A stretch of 64,000 nt of DNA from Acidobacteriota bacterium (GCA_016716715.1 JADJVE010000019.1:27083-91082); one strand, 5' to 3'; shown: positions 9,225 through 21,293, numbered from the stretch's first letter. Made by a program: numbers and translations. Notes: a model not told the origin generated them from the sequence alone.

Positions 9225-10951
9225 CAGGCGGCCTCCATCTCTTCGGCGAGGCGCTGGCGCTCGGCGATGGCGGCGTAGACGCCGCCCTTCGCGAGCAGCT
9301 CGTCGTGCGTGCCGGTCTCGGCGACCCGGCCGTGGTCGAGGACGACGAGGAAGTCCGCGTTGCGGAGCGTGGACAGGCGGTGCGAGACGAGAAAGACGGT
9401 TCTTCCCCCCGCGGCGGCGCGGAGGCCCTGGAGGATGCGAGCTTCCGTCTCCGTGTCGACGGAGGAGAGCGCGTCGTCGAGGACGAGGATCGGCGCATCC
9501 GACAGAAGCGCGCGCGCGAGCGCCGTGCGCTGCTTCTGGCCGCCCGAGAGCGTGATCCCGCGCTCGCCCACGATCGTGTCGAGGCCCTTCGGGAAGCGCG
9601 CGACGTCGGGCGCGAGGCCGGCTGCGAGGACGGCGGCCTCGACCTCGGAGCGCGAGGCGTCCGGCCTGGCGAACGCGACGTTCGAGGCGAGCGTGTCGGA
9701 GAAAAGGAACGTCTCCTGCGGGACGACGGCGATGCTCTTCCTGACGAGCGGGAGCGGCTCTTTCGAGAGGTCGCGCCCGCCGATGAAGACCGATCCCGCG
9801 GGCGGGTCGTCCACGCGCAGGAGGAGGTTCAGGAGCGTCGACTTGCCCGAGCCCGTGCGGCCGACGATCGCGACCGTGCTCCCCGCGGGAACGCGGAATG
9901 AGACGTCCTCGAGGACCGGCCGTTCGGCGTAGCTCCACGTGAGGTGCCGGAATTCCACGTCGCCCGCCAGCGGCGCACCGCCCTCGGCCTCCTCGGGAAG
10001 CGGAGCCGCCTCCCAGACGTCCATCATCCGGTTCCACGAGGCCGTACCGCGCTGCCAGAGGTTCACGACCCAGCCGAGCGCGATCGCGGGCCAGATGAGC
10101 TCCATCATGTAGAGGTTGAACTCGACGTAGCGTGCGACCGAGAGCTTGCCCGCGAGGATGAAGCGGCCGCCTGCCCACAGCGTGAGCGCGAAGCCGAGGC
10201 CGACGAGGAACTGCAGGAGCGGGAAGAACAGCGCGTTCAGCCGCGCGAGGCCGAGGTTGCGGCGCCGGAACTCGCGGTTGTTCGCGTCGAACCGCGCCGC
10301 CTCGCGCTCCTCGCGTGCGAACGCGCGCACCAGCCGCTGGCCCGTGAAGTTCTCCTGCGCCTCCGCGGAGATCTCGCTGAAGAACTCCTGGATCTTCGTG
10401 AAGCGCTTGTGCGTCGCCTGGCCCATGACCTTCGTCGCGATCGCGATCACCGGAAAGACGGCGAGCGCCACGCCCGTGAGCGCGGGCGACACCTGGAACA
10501 TGAGGACGAGCGACACCGTTCCGACGAGGAGCGTGTTGCCGGCCTGCATGATCCCGGGGCCGAGCAGCATCCGCACGGCCGAGAGGTCGTTGACGGCGCG
10601 GCTCATGAGGTCGCCGACGCGGTTCCGGCGGTACCAGACGGGCGGCAGGCGCAGAAGGTGCGCGAAGAGGTCCTGCCGCATCTCGTACTCGATGTCGCGC
10701 GAGGCGCCGATCAGGAGGCGGCGCGTCAGGAAGAGGGCGATCGCGTCGCCGACGGCGAGGAGGACGATGTACGCGGAGAGGCGGAAGAGGCGTTCCGACG
10801 TGACGCCGGTGCCCAGCTCCTCGATGGCGCGGCGGACGAGGCCCGGCATCGCGAGAAACAGGCCCGTCGAAGCGAGCATCGTCCCGAAGCCGGCGAGGTA
10901 CACCCCGGGCCGGCGGCGGAAATACGCGAGGAAACGGGGGAGGTCTCTCAT
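9224..10951 (-). CDS. ABC transporter permease/ATP-binding protein (partner half-transporter)
   Basis: Start MRDLPRFLAYFRRRPGVYLAG at 10951. Walker A GRTGSGKST, signature LSGGQKQR, Walker B LVLDDALSSVD. The upstream portion of the track ORF is antisense shadow. Confidence 0.85.
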   Translation of the reverse strand: MRDLPRFLAYFRRRPGVYLAGFGTMLASTGLFLAMPGLVRRAIEELGTGVTSERLFRLSAYIVLLAVGDAIALFLTRRLLIGASRDIEYEMRQDLFAHLLRLPPVWYRRNRVGDLMSRAVNDLSAVRMLLGPGIMQAGNTLLVGTVSLVLMFQVSPALTGVALAVFPVIAIATKVMGQATHKRFTKIQEFFSEISAEAQENFTGQRLVRAFAREEREAARFDANNREFRRRNLGLARLNALFFPLLQFLVGLGFALTLWAGGRFILAGKLSVARYVEFNLYMMELIWPAIALGWVVNLWQRGTASWNRMMDVWEAAPLPEEAEGGAPLAGDVEFRHLTWSYAERPVLEDVSFRVPAGSTVAIVGRTGSGKSTLLNLLLRVDDPPAGSVFIGGRDLSKEPLPLVRKSIAVVPQETFLFSDTLASNVAFARPDASRSEVEAAVLAAGLAPDVARFPKGLDTIVGERGITLSGGQKQRTALARALLSDAPILVLDDALSSVDTETEARILQGLRAAAGGRTVFLVSHRLSTLRNADFLVVLDHGRVAETGTHDELLAKGGVYAAIAERQRLAEEMEAA

Positions 10952-11009
10952 CCGGGAAAGAGAAGGCCGCGCAGCGCGCGGCCCGTTCTCCAGGTGCGAA
11001 TATACAGGA
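10952..11009. promoter_or_regulatory. divergent intergenic region between the ABC exporter operon and copA, containing an inverted repeat GCCGCGC-AGC-GCGCGGC
   Basis: A 58-nt gap between divergent starts. The dyad is visible by eye. Its function is not established. Confidence 0.25.
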
Positions 11010-11285
11010 ATGGAGCACGTCGATCCCGTCTGCGGCATGAAGGTCGATCCCGCCCGCGCCGCGGCGACGGTGCACTGGGGCGACAGGGACTGGTACTTCT
11101 GCGCGAAGAGCTGCGCGGAGAAATTCAGAAGAGACCCGGAAAGATTTTCTTTGAAAGTGAAGAGTGAAGAGTCGTTTGAGCCCATGACGTTTCCAGCAGG
11201 CATGGGCCTGCCGAGCCTGACGTTGCCCGCCGCGTCACCCGCGCCGATGGCCTCGCCGGCGCCTGCTGCCCTCTTCACCTTCTAA
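11010..11285 (+). CDS. copA: YHS/TRASH-type metal-binding domain, the N-terminal fragment of the copper ATPase, terminated by a TAA inside a repeat copy
   Basis: [46 protein letters not shown] is a YHS-domain signature. The frame ends at a TAA within CCTTCTAAGAAATC (11283..11285). Confidence 0.6.
   Translation: MEHVDPVCGMKVDPARAAATVHWGDRDWYFCAKSCAEKFRRDPERFSLKVKSEESFEPMTFPAGMGLPSLTLPAASPAPMASPAPAALFTF
11137..11172 (-). repeat. AT-rich mini-repeat copy (reverse orientation, inside the copA YHS fragment)
   Basis: CCGGAAAGATTTTCTTTGAAAGTGAAGAGTGAAGAG. Confidence 0.4.
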
Positions 11286-11316
11286 GAAATCTTCTCTTTC
11301 TTCTTCTTCCTCGAAG
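11271..11316 (+). repeat. AT-rich mini-repeat copy carrying an in-frame TAA that splits copA
   Basis: CTCTTCACCTTCTAAGAAATCTTCTCTTTCTTCTTCTTCCTCGAAG. Its length is 3n+1, consistent with the +1 frame change between the two copA parts. Confidence 0.55.
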
Positions 11317-11328
11317 TGGATCTGCCCG

Positions 11329-13431
11329 ATGGACCCCGAGGTGGTGTCGGACGTGCCGGCCGCGTGTCCGATCTGCGGGATGGCGCTGGAGCCGGCCGTC
11401 GCGACGGGAAATGAGGGAAATCCCGAGCTGGACGACATGGCGAAGCGTTTTCGCGTCGCGCTGGGGCTGACACTTCCGCTGTTTTTCTTCGAAATGAGCG
11501 CGATGGCCGGGCTGCGGCTCTTCGAAGGCGTCCCGCCGCGCCTCAACCTGCTCGTCCAGCTGGCCCTCGCAACCCCGGTCGTCCTCTGGTGCGGGAAGCC
11601 GTTCTTCGAGCGCGCCTGGCTTTCTCTGAAGACGCGGAACTTCAACATGTTCACGCTCATTGGCCTCGGGACCGGCGCGGCATACCTGTACAGCCTGGTC
11701 CGGACGGCGCAGGCCTTCTTACCCATTCAAAGAAATTCTTCTCTTCCTCTTCATTCCCCGGTTCATGACGTCTACTTCGAGGCCGCGGCCGGCATCGTCA
11801 CGCTCGTCCTCCTCGGGCAGGTCCTCGAGCTCCGCGCCCGCGCGAAAACCTCCGGGGCGATCCGCGAGCTGCTCGGCCTCGCGCCGGACACGGCGCGCGT
11901 CGTGCGGAAGGGCGCCGAGGTCGACGTCCCGCTCGACGAGGTCATGAAGGGCGACGTCCTGCGCGTGCGTCCCGGCGAGCGCGTGCCCGTGGACGGCGCC
12001 GTGACCGAGGGCGCGAGCGCCGTCGACGAGTCGATGCTCTCGGGCGAGCCGATGCCCGTCGAAGTGGGGCCCGGCGCGAAGGTGACGGGAGGGACGCTCA
12101 ACGGCACGGGCAGTTTCCTCATGCGCGCCGAGCGCGTGGGGGCCGACACCGTACTCGCGCGAATCGTCGCGCTCGTGGGCGAGGCGCAGCGCAGCCGCGC
12201 CCCCGTTCAGCGCCTCGCGGACCGCGTCGCGGGGATCTTCGTGCCCGCGGTCGTGGCGGCCGCGGCGGTCACGGCGCTCGCCTGGGGTATCTTCGGCCCC
12301 GAGCCGCGCCTTCCGCACGCGCTCGTGAACGCCGTCGCGGTCCTCATCATCGCGTGTCCGTGCGCCCTCGGTCTCGCGACGCCGATGTCCGTCATGGTCG
12401 GCATCGGCCGCGGCGCGAAGACGGGCGTCCTCTTCCGCGACGCGGCGGCGCTCGAGACGCTCGGGCAGTGCGACACGATGGTCCTCGACAAGACGGGGAC
12501 GCTCACGGAGGGGAAGCCGAAGATCGTGGAGACCCGCGCCTTCGGCGCATTCGATGAAAGTGAATTGCTGCGGCTGGCCGCTTCGCTGGAGCGCGCGAGC
12601 GAGCACCCCCTCGCGGCGGCCGTCACCGGGGCAGCCGAGGCCGCGGGCCTGACTCTTTCACCTTCAAAGGAATTCTCTTCTCTCCCAGGCAAGGGCATCC
12701 AGGGCAAGGTGGACGAACGCCACGTCCAGCTCGGTTCCCTTTCACTATTCGAAGAAGATCTTCAGCGGCGTTTCCCTCGCGAGATGCTGGAGGCAGCAGA
12801 CGAATGGAGGCGAAAGGCGGCCACGGTCCTCTTCGTCGCAGTCGACGGCCAGCCCGCGGGCTTCCTCGCCGCGGCCGACCCGCTCAAGGTTTCTGCGAAA
12901 GCCGCGATTACCGACCTGAAGGCGCTGGGTCTCCGCGTCGTCATGCTCACCGGCGACGCCGAGGCGACGGCTCGCGCCGTCGCTGCCGAGGCGGGAATCG
13001 AGGAGGTCGTGGCGGGCGTCCTGCCGGCCGGCAAGGCCGACGCCGTCGCGCGCCTGAAGGCGTCCGGCGCGCGCGTGGCGATGGCGGGAGACGGCGTGAA
13101 CGACGCGCCCGCGCTCGCGGGCGCGGACGTCGGGATCGCCATGGGGACCGGGTCGGACGTGGCAATCGAGAGCTCGTCGGCGACCCTCGTGGGCGGCGAC
13201 GTCGCCGCGCTCCCGAGGGCCGTGCGGCTCTCTCGCGCGACGCTCCGCAACATCCGGCAGAACCTGTTCTTCGCGTTCGTCTACAACGTCGTCGGCGTCC
13301 CCGTGGCCGCGGGCGTTCTCTACCCGGCCTTCGGCCTCCTCCTGTCGCCCGTACTCGCGAGCGCCGCGATGACGTTCAGCTCGCTCTCGGTCGTGGGAAA
13401 CGCGCTGCGCCTGCGGAGCGTCCGCCTCTAG
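11329..13431 (+). CDS. copA: copper-translocating P-type ATPase (core, 700 aa)
   Basis: [10 protein letters not shown] metal-binding motif. TM CPC motif [20 protein letters not shown] phosphorylation site, MLTGD, and a [11 protein letters not shown] hinge. The frame continues upstream of the ATG as KWICPM, so the gene was once fused to the YHS fragment. Confidence 0.85.
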   Translation: MDPEVVSDVPAACPICGMALEPAVATGNEGNPELDDMAKRFRVALGLTLPLFFFEMSAMAGLRLFEGVPPRLNLLVQLALATPVVLWCGKPFFERAWLSLKTRNFNMFTLIGLGTGAAYLYSLVRTAQAFLPIQRNSSLPLHSPVHDVYFEAAAGIVTLVLLGQVLELRARAKTSGAIRELLGLAPDTARVVRKGAEVDVPLDEVMKGDVLRVRPGERVPVDGAVTEGASAVDESMLSGEPMPVEVGPGAKVTGGTLNGTGSFLMRAERVGADTVLARIVALVGEAQRSRAPVQRLADRVAGIFVPAVVAAAAVTALAWGIFGPEPRLPHALVNAVAVLIIACPCALGLATPMSVMVGIGRGAKTGVLFRDAAALETLGQCDTMVLDKTGTLTEGKPKIVETRAFGAFDESELLRLAASLERASEHPLAAAVTGAAEAAGLTLSPSKEFSSLPGKGIQGKVDERHVQLGSLSLFEEDLQRRFPREMLEAADEWRRKAATVLFVAVDGQPAGFLAAADPLKVSAKAAITDLKALGLRVVMLTGDAEATARAVAAEAGIEEVVAGVLPAGKADAVARLKASGARVAMAGDGVNDAPALAGADVGIAMGTGSDVAIESSSATLVGGDVAALPRAVRLSRATLRNIRQNLFFAFVYNVVGVPVAAGVLYPAFGLLLSPVLASAAMTFSSLSVVGNALRLRSVRL
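11714..11758 (+). repeat. AT-rich mini-repeat copy inside copA (in frame)
   Basis: CCTTCTTACCCATTCAAAGAAATTCTTCTCTTCCTCTTCATTCCCC. Confidence 0.45.
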
Positions 13432-13499
13432 ACGCCTGATTCCGGCGCATCATGGCCGCCGGCCCCCGGCCGAGCCGAAGCTGAACCCGGGGGTGTCCC

Positions 13500-14054
13500 A
13501 TGTCCATGACCCAGGCCGCGCTGCTGGTCGCCCTCTTCGCCCTCGTCGTAGGCGGCGTCGTGCTGCTGCGCACGTGGTGGGCGTGGAGGCAGAGACGCCT
13601 CATCACGTGCCCGGAAAACGAGCAGCCCGCGGCCGTGCGCGTGAGTGCGCTCGGCGCCGCGGCCGGCTCGCTGGCCGGACACCCGCACCTCAAGCTCTCG
13701 GAGTGCTCGCGCTGGCCCGAGAAGAAGGACTGCGGGCAGGAGTGCCTCCGCCAGATCGAGAGGGGGCCGGGCGAGTGCCTCGTGCGGACTCTCGTGGCGC
13801 GCTGGTACGAGGACAAGGGCTGTGTCTGCTGTGGCAAGCCGATTCACGACGTGGCGTGGGCGGACCAGCGTCCGGGTCTGCGCGCTCCGGACGGCGCATT
13901 CCTGGCATGGCCGGACGTGCCGCCCGAGGCGCTGCCCGAGCTCTTCAAGACGCACGCGCCGGTCTGCTGGAATTGCCTCGTCGTGCAGAAGGTCGCGCGC
14001 GATCACCCGGACGACGTGACGGTCCGCCCGCCGCGGGAGCAGCTGTACAGCTAG
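13500..14054 (+). CDS. membrane-anchored cysteine-rich hypothetical protein
   Basis: N-terminal TM helix (AALLVALFALVVGGVVLL) followed by about 10 Cys, including CVCCGKPIH and CWNC. Sits immediately downstream of copA. Confidence 0.5.
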   Translation: MSMTQAALLVALFALVVGGVVLLRTWWAWRQRRLITCPENEQPAAVRVSALGAAAGSLAGHPHLKLSECSRWPEKKDCGQECLRQIERGPGECLVRTLVARWYEDKGCVCCGKPIHDVAWADQRPGLRAPDGAFLAWPDVPPEALPELFKTHAPVCWNCLVVQKVARDHPDDVTVRPPREQLYS

Positions 14055-14117
14055 CCGGCCGGAAATTCCCTGCGAAATCCCGAGGACTTCCGCGTCCCCG
14101 GGCCCCACGTTTCGGTC

Positions 14118-14921
14118 ATGGGAGCCGTCCGCAAGCCGAACTTCGAGCTCTCGAAGTGGTACTTCGACGCGGTGGGGGATGACGGCGAGGTCTTCATCGG
14201 CTATCGCGCGAACCTGCGCTGGAGGCGGCTCGCGGTCTCGTACGCCGCGGCCCTGACCGGCGGGGCTCACGAGACGCGGACTGCGTCGATCATGAGGTCC
14301 GAACAGGAGCCGGTCCTGCGAACGGGCTCCCTCGCGTGGGCGGCGCCGGCGCTCGACATCGAGGGGACGTGGACTGCGGACGCGCCTGCGCTCCTTCGGA
14401 CGCTCTACGACTGCCCCGACGGGTCGGTCGTCTGGGCCTGCCTCTTCCCGCGCGCGCGGGCCGGCGTACGGATCGGTTCGCGCGAGATCCGCGGTTTCGG
14501 CTACGCCGAGCGCCTCGAGATGACGCTGCCGCCCTGGAGGCTGCCGCTCGAGACGCTGCGATGGGGGCGGTTCCTGTCTCCGGACCGGTTCGTCGTCTGG
14601 ATCGACTGGCAGGCGCCGGAACGCTCGCGCACGTGGGTGTTCGTGGACGGGATCGAAGCGCGGGAAGCGGGGGTTTCGGACGAAGAGATTTCTTTTGAAG
14701 GGGGAAGAATTCGGCTCCCTTCGGCGAGCCGGTTGTCGCTGCGCGCCGGCCGCGTCTCCGACCTTCTAAGAGATCTTCCTCTTTCTCTCCTTCTTCGTCT
14801 CTTTCGTCGCGCGCGCGCCGTCCACGAGACCAAGTGGCGGACGCGGGGCGTTCTCGAATGCTTCGGCGCGCCGGCCGTCGAGGGCTGGGCGATTCACGAA
14901 GTCGTGAGGTTCAGGACATGA
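14118..14921 (+). CDS. CrtC-like (hydroxyneurosporene synthase / carotenoid hydratase family) protein
   Basis: N-terminal SKWYFDAVGDDGEVFIGY resembles the CrtC family motif. Carries two AT-rich repeat copies near the C-terminus. Confidence 0.45.
   Translation: MGAVRKPNFELSKWYFDAVGDDGEVFIGYRANLRWRRLAVSYAAALTGGAHETRTASIMRSEQEPVLRTGSLAWAAPALDIEGTWTADAPALLRTLYDCPDGSVVWACLFPRARAGVRIGSREIRGFGYAERLEMTLPPWRLPLETLRWGRFLSPDRFVVWIDWQAPERSRTWVFVDGIEAREAGVSDEEISFEGGRIRLPSASRLSLRAGRVSDLLRDLPLSLLLRLFRRARAVHETKWRTRGVLECFGAPAVEGWAIHEVVRFRT
14761..14806 (+). repeat. AT-rich mini-repeat copy inside the CrtC-like gene
   Basis: ACCTTCTAAGAGATCTTCCTCTTTCTCTCCTTCTTCGTCTCTTTCG. Confidence 0.45.
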
Positions 14922-16837
14922 ACGAGCGTGCCGGGAAGGTCCTCTACGGTTCTCTCTTCGCCATCGTCCTCCCCGCCCTCCTCGTCCTCTGGGCGCGCGC
15001 GGCGGCGCCGAACGTGAGCCTGCCCGCCGTGGAGTCGCCGCTCGGCTGGGCCGCGGCGGCGGTGGGGCTCGCGCTCGTCCTCTGGGCGACGGCGGCCCTC
15101 GCGCTCTGGGGGCGCGGGCTCCCGATGAACGCGTACCCGCCGCCGGTCTTCGTCTCGCGCGGCCCGTACGCGCTCGTCGCCCATCCGATCTACCTCGGCT
15201 TCGTCGTCGCGTGCGCGGGCTGCGCGACAGGCGCGGGCTCGGCCGCGGGATTGTGGCTGGTGACTCCCGCGGCCGCCCTCGGCTCGGCGGCGCTCGTCCT
15301 CGGCTACGAAGCGCCCGACCTCGACGCGCGCTTCGGCAAGCGGCCGCGCCCTCTCCTCGGCCTGCCCGGCTGGGGCGGGGCGCGCCCGTCTCCGGCGGAC
15401 CGGCTCTCGGCGTTCGCTCTCGTCCTCCTGCCGTGGCTCGTCCTGTACGAGGCGGTGCAGGCGCTCGGCGTCGCGCCGGACGCGGTCGTGCTCCTCCTGC
15501 GCGGCGAGACCGCGTGGCCGGTGTGGGAGAGCACGGAGCTCGTCTACGCCTCGACGTACCTGTTCGTCGCGCTCGCGCCGCTCGCGGCAGCGACGCGCAC
15601 CGACCTCCGCCGCTTCATGGTGCGGGGATGGGCGGCGACGGCCCTGATCGTGTTCCTGTGGCTCGTTCTGCCGGTCGCGGCGCCGCCGCGGCCGTTCGAG
15701 CCGCAGGGACCGCTCGGCGCGCTCCTCGCGCTGGAGCGGCGCTTCGACTCGCCGGCCTGCGCGTTCCCGTCCTTCCACGTCGCGTGGGCGCTGCTCGCGG
15801 CGCCGGTCTGGGCGCGGCGGTTCGGGCGGGCAGGGGCGCTCGCGTGGGGTTGGGCCGCTGCGATCACCCTCAGCTGTGTCACGACCGGGATGCACACGGT
15901 GGCCGACGTCGCGGGCGGGATCGCCGCTGCGTTCCTCGTGTTCCGCCTGCCGGCCGTGTGGGAAGCGCTCCGAAGCGGCGCCGAACGCCTTGCAAACTCC
16001 TGGCGCGAGTGGAACTTCGGCTCGGTGCGCGTCATCAACCACGGCGGCTGGGCGGCGCTGGGGACGCTCGCCGGCGTCGGCCTCGCCGCGTCTCTCGCCG
16101 GGGAGGGCGCCGTGCCTGCCGTCCTGCTCGTCGCGTGCGCGGGTCTGGTCGGCGCGGGCCTCTGGGCGCAGTTCATCGAGGGCTCGCCGCGCCTCCTCCG
16201 GCCCTACGGGTATTACGGCGGCGTCCTCGGCGTCGTCCTCGGTTGCCTCGCGGCGCGCCTGACGCTCGGCGCCGACGCGTGGCTGCTCCTCGGAGCGTTC
16301 GCCGTCGCCGCCCCGTGGATCCAGGCGGCGGGGCGCGTGCGCTGCCTCGTGCAGGGCTGCTGCCACGGCGCGCCCGCATCGCCGGAGGTCGGGATCCGGT
16401 ACCTGCACGCGCGCTCGCGCGTCTGCCGCCTGTCCGATCTCGGCGGCGTCCCGCTGCACCCGACGCCGCTCTACTCGATCCTCTGGAACGTCGTGCCGGC
16501 GCTGCTCGGCGCGCGGCTCTGGGCGGCGCGCGCGCCGCTGCCCGTGATCGTCGGCGTGTACCTGCTTCTGACGGGGCTCGGCCGGTTCGTCGAAGAGTCC
16601 CGGCGCGGCGAGCCGCAGACGCCGGTTTTCGCGCGCCTGCGCCTCTACCAGTGGATCGCCGCGGGCACCGCCGCGGCAGGCGCCGTCGCCACGTGCATGG
16701 CTTCGACGGTCCCGACGCCCGCGCCGGATCCCTCGGCGGCCGCGTTCGCGGCGGGCGTGGCGTTCGCCGCGGCGACATGGTTCGCCCTCGGCGTCGACTT
16801 TCCGCGCTCGAACCGCCGCTTCGCGCGGCTGGTCTAG
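14918..16837 (+). CDS. polytopic membrane protein with a PAP2-phosphatase-like segment and an Lgt-like segment
   Basis: Start MNERAGKVLYGSLFAIVLPAL overlaps the previous stop (ATGA). The PSFHVAWALLAA motif is PAP2-like. GYYGGVLGVVLG...CLVQGCCHG is reminiscent of prolipoprotein diacylglyceryl transferase. Confidence 0.5.
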   Translation: MNERAGKVLYGSLFAIVLPALLVLWARAAAPNVSLPAVESPLGWAAAAVGLALVLWATAALALWGRGLPMNAYPPPVFVSRGPYALVAHPIYLGFVVACAGCATGAGSAAGLWLVTPAAALGSAALVLGYEAPDLDARFGKRPRPLLGLPGWGGARPSPADRLSAFALVLLPWLVLYEAVQALGVAPDAVVLLLRGETAWPVWESTELVYASTYLFVALAPLAAATRTDLRRFMVRGWAATALIVFLWLVLPVAAPPRPFEPQGPLGALLALERRFDSPACAFPSFHVAWALLAAPVWARRFGRAGALAWGWAAAITLSCVTTGMHTVADVAGGIAAAFLVFRLPAVWEALRSGAERLANSWREWNFGSVRVINHGGWAALGTLAGVGLAASLAGEGAVPAVLLVACAGLVGAGLWAQFIEGSPRLLRPYGYYGGVLGVVLGCLAARLTLGADAWLLLGAFAVAAPWIQAAGRVRCLVQGCCHGAPASPEVGIRYLHARSRVCRLSDLGGVPLHPTPLYSILWNVVPALLGARLWAARAPLPVIVGVYLLLTGLGRFVEESRRGEPQTPVFARLRLYQWIAAGTAAAGAVATCMASTVPTPAPDPSAAAFAAGVAFAAATWFALGVDFPRSNRRFARLV

Positions 16838-16856
16838 CGGCGGGAAGCGGGTCTTT

Positions 16857-17192
16857 TCAGCGCCCCTCGACCCCGAGCCAGCCGCGCGTGCCGTAGTCCG
16901 CGAGCAGGTTGACGAACAGGATGAGGAGCATGAAGAGGCCGGAGAAGATCACGGCGGGGATGAGCCGCGAGTTCTCCTTCACGTGCATGAAGTAGAGGAC
17001 GACGAGCGTCGCCTTCGCGATCGCGATCGCGAGCGCGACGGCGTTGTTCGCCCAGCCGAGGTCGACGTACGCCGCTCCGACCGTGGCCGCCGTGCCGACC
17101 ATGAGCGCGGCGAAGACGAGGAAGTACGTCGAGAGAGGCATCACGTGCGGGGCGTGAGCGGACGAGGCAGCGGAAGTCTCGGGATGCGCCAT
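16857..17192 (-). CDS. cytochrome c oxidase subunit IV (caa3-type small subunit)
   Basis: About 111 aa with two TM helices (PLSTYFLVFAALMVGTAATV... and LVVLYFMHVKE). Last gene of the cox operon. Its start overlaps the ctaE stop. Confidence 0.65.
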   Translation of the reverse strand: MAHPETSAASSAHAPHVMPLSTYFLVFAALMVGTAATVGAAYVDLGWANNAVALAIAIAKATLVVLYFMHVKENSRLIPAVIFSGLFMLLILFVNLLADYGTRGWLGVEGR

Positions 17193-17837
17193 CAGTGGTG
17201 CCGTCCGATGAGGTAGAGGAGCGGGAACAGGAAGATCCAGACGAGGTCCACGAAGTGCCAGTAGAGGCCGAAGCCCTCGAGGAAGTTGTGGTTCCGGGGC
17301 GTCCAGGCGCCGCGGAGGGCGGGCCGGAGCATGAAGGCGAGGATCGCGGCGCCGATGACCATGTGGAGGGCGTGGAGGCCCGTCATCCCGAAGTAGAGGC
17401 TGAAGAAGAGCTGCGCGTGCGGCGCGTCGGGCCCCTCGAAGTGGAAGGACGGGCCGGGCACGTGGTGGTGGGTGAACTTGTCGGCGTACTCGACCGCCTT
17501 CACGGCGAGGAACGTCGAGCCGAGGAGGAGCGTTCCGAGGAGCATCGCGAACGTCGTCTTCGGCTTGCCGGTCTGCCCGCCGCGCACGGCGAGCGCCATC
17601 GTGAGCGAGCTCCCGATGAGGACGGCCGTGTTGAACGCGCCGAGCCGGATGTCGAGCGAGTGGCTCGCGGCGCGAAACGCCTCGGGGTAGAGCGAGCGGT
17701 AGAGGCTGTACGCCGCGAAGAGCCCGCCGAAGAAGAGGATCTCCGTGACGAGGAACGTCCACATCCCGAGGGTCGCGGACTCCTTCTGCTGCTCGTAGCT
17801 GTCGAAGTGGTGGGCGAGGTCGGAGGGGCCGTGCGCG

Positions 17838-17848
<11 letters not shown>
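17192..17848 (-). CDS. ctaE: cytochrome c oxidase subunit III
   Basis: HHFDSYEQQ...[18 protein letters not shown]...HALHMVIG...[18 protein letters not shown] start at 17848. Confidence 0.9.
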
Positions 17849-19482
<1,634 letters not shown>

Positions 19483-19486
<4 letters not shown>

Positions 19487-20463
19487 TTCCGGGCCTCCGC
19501 GGCGCCGTCTGCCGCCTTGAGCGTCTTCACGTAGTTCACGAGCTGGATCAGCTCCTCCTCGGTGACCTGGCCCTTGAAGGTCGGCATGACGGGCTGGTAG
19601 CCCTGCACGATCTTCGCGGCCGGATTCAGGATGGACTCGCGCACGTAGTTCTCGTCCGCCGCCACTTTCGTGCCGTCCTGGAGCGTGACCTGCGTGCCGA
19701 ACAGGCCGTTCAGGATCGGCGCGCGGGCCGAGCTGTCCGGGCGGTGGCAGGTGTTGCAGGCCTTCGCGACGAAGAGCTGCTCGCCCGAGGCGGCGGCCGG
19801 CTGCGCGCCACCGGCGGGCTCGCCCGCGAGCCACGCCTCGTACGCGCGCGGCTCCATCACGACGATCTTGCCGACCATCTTCGAGTGCTCGACGCCGCAG
19901 TACTGGCCGCAGAAGAGGTGGAACTCGCCCGTCTTCGTCGCCTTGAACCAGTACGTCGTGTAGCGCGAGGGAAGGACGTCCACGTGGATGCGGAAGGCGG
20001 GCACGAAGAAATCGTGGATGACGTCCTCGGAGATCATGCGGAGCTGGACGGCCTGCCCGAGCGGGACGTGCAGCTCGTTGATCTCGCGGCGGCCGTTCGG
20101 ATGCTGGATCTTCCACATCCACTGGCGGCCCGTGACCCAGTACTGCGCGGCGCCGGCCGGGGGACGGTTCTGGTCGAAGAAGACCTTCGTGCCCCACCCG
20201 AACAGGATGAGGAGGAGGCCGAGCGGGATCACGGACCAGATCAGCTCGAGGATCTGCGACTTCGGGTTCGTCTCGTAGACGTCCTCGCCGACCTCGCCCT
20301 CGTGCTTGCGGCGGTACTTGACCATGAAGACGAGGACGAGCACCGCGATGAGCGTCGAGAAGACGACGAGCCCGCCGAGGGCGAACAGCATGAGGTGGTC
20401 GACCGAGCGCGCGATGTCGGAGCCCTGCACGGGGAAGAGCGGGGAGTCCGGGATGTTCGGCAT
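19483..20463 (-). CDS. ctaC: cytochrome c oxidase subunit II with a fused C-terminal cytochrome c domain (caa3-type)
   Basis: Start [12 protein letters not shown]. CuA site [13 protein letters not shown]...[14 protein letters not shown]-terminal CNTCH heme c motif. Confidence 0.9.
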
Positions 20464-21293
20464 CAGGCCGCTCCCGTCCGGCGCTTCTCGCGCTTGAGCA
20501 GGATGAGGACGAGCCCGGCGACGGCGGCGATCGTGAGGACGGCGCCGCCGCGCAGGAAGTTGCGCACGGTGGCGGTGTAGCGGCCCACCTTCGGGTCGTA
20601 GTGGTAGCAGAGGAGGAGGAGCTGGTCGACGACGCTGCCGAGCTTCTCCTCGGACGCCTCGATGAGGCCGAGGCGGAGGTCCTTCGCCGGGTATTCGATG
20701 CCGAAGAAGTAGCGCGCGATGCGGCCCTGGGGCGTCAGAACGAGGACGCCGGTCGCGTGCGCGAACTGCTTCTGCTCGGCGTCCCACACGTACCGGAAGC
20801 CGACGGCCTTCGTGAGCGCGTCGACGGACGCCTTGTCGCCCGTGAGGAAGTGCCAGCCCTCCGCGCCGCCCTTGCGGCCGTACTGGCGCATGACCGGACC
20901 CTTCTTCACCGACGCCATCTCCGACGTCTCGCGCGGGTCGAAGCTGACGGAGAGGACGTCGAATTCGGTTCCGACGCTCATGCGCAGCGCGCGCAGGCTG
21001 CGCACGAGGCCGTCGGTCGTCATCCCGCAGAGCATCGGGCAGTCGAAGTAGACGAGGGAGAGGACGACGGGCTTCTTCCCGAGGTAGTCGCGCAGGTGGA
21101 CGGTCTTGCCCGCCTCGTCGCGGAACGCGAGATCCAGCGGTACGAGGTCGCCGATCTTCTGGTCGAAGCCGATGTCCTTCACGGGCGGAGCCGGCAGCGG
21201 CGCCTCGGCGGGCGGCGCGCCCGGCGCGGTCGCGCGGAGCTCGCCGGAGAAAGCGAGTGCGAACGCAAGCGCGAACGATGCGGAACGGATCAC
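20463..21293 (-). CDS. SCO1/SenC family copper chaperone (cytochrome oxidase assembly)
   Basis: GTG start preceded by GGAGGTG. Signal/TM segment. Thioredoxin-like body with [10 protein letters not shown]. Confidence 0.8.
   Translation of the reverse strand: MIRSASFALAFALAFSGELRATAPGAPPAEAPLPAPPVKDIGFDQKIGDLVPLDLAFRDEAGKTVHLRDYLGKKPVVLSLVYFDCPMLCGMTTDGLVRSLRALRMSVGTEFDVLSVSFDPRETSEMASVKKGPVMRQYGRKGGAEGWHFLTGDKASVDALTKAVGFRYVWDAEQKQFAHATGVLVLTPQGRIARYFFGIEYPAKDLRLGLIEASEEKLGSVVDQLLLLCYHYDPKVGRYTATVRNFLRGGAVLTIAAVAGLVLILLKREKRRTGAA

Noticed and set aside
11010-11285. Reading the YHS ORF as an independent small gene, with copA starting at ATG 11329
   Set aside because: The shifted frame reads KWICPM immediately upstream of that ATG, completing the conserved CPM(H/D)PEV motif. 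The ATG has no RBS. The stop codon lies inside a repeat copy. Disruption of a fused gene is the more likely reading, although expression of a separate product cannot be excluded.
12655-12800. AT-rich patch in copA ([14 protein letters not shown]...[13 protein letters not shown]) initially taken for two repeat insertions
   Set aside because: The segment aligns residue for residue and at the same length with other CopA N-domains (LALSPVEAFDSPTGKGVTGKVD...). So it is native coding sequence with unusual low-GC codons, not an insertion. The same holds for DUF692 around 54813-54838. It is still reported as part of the repeat puzzle.
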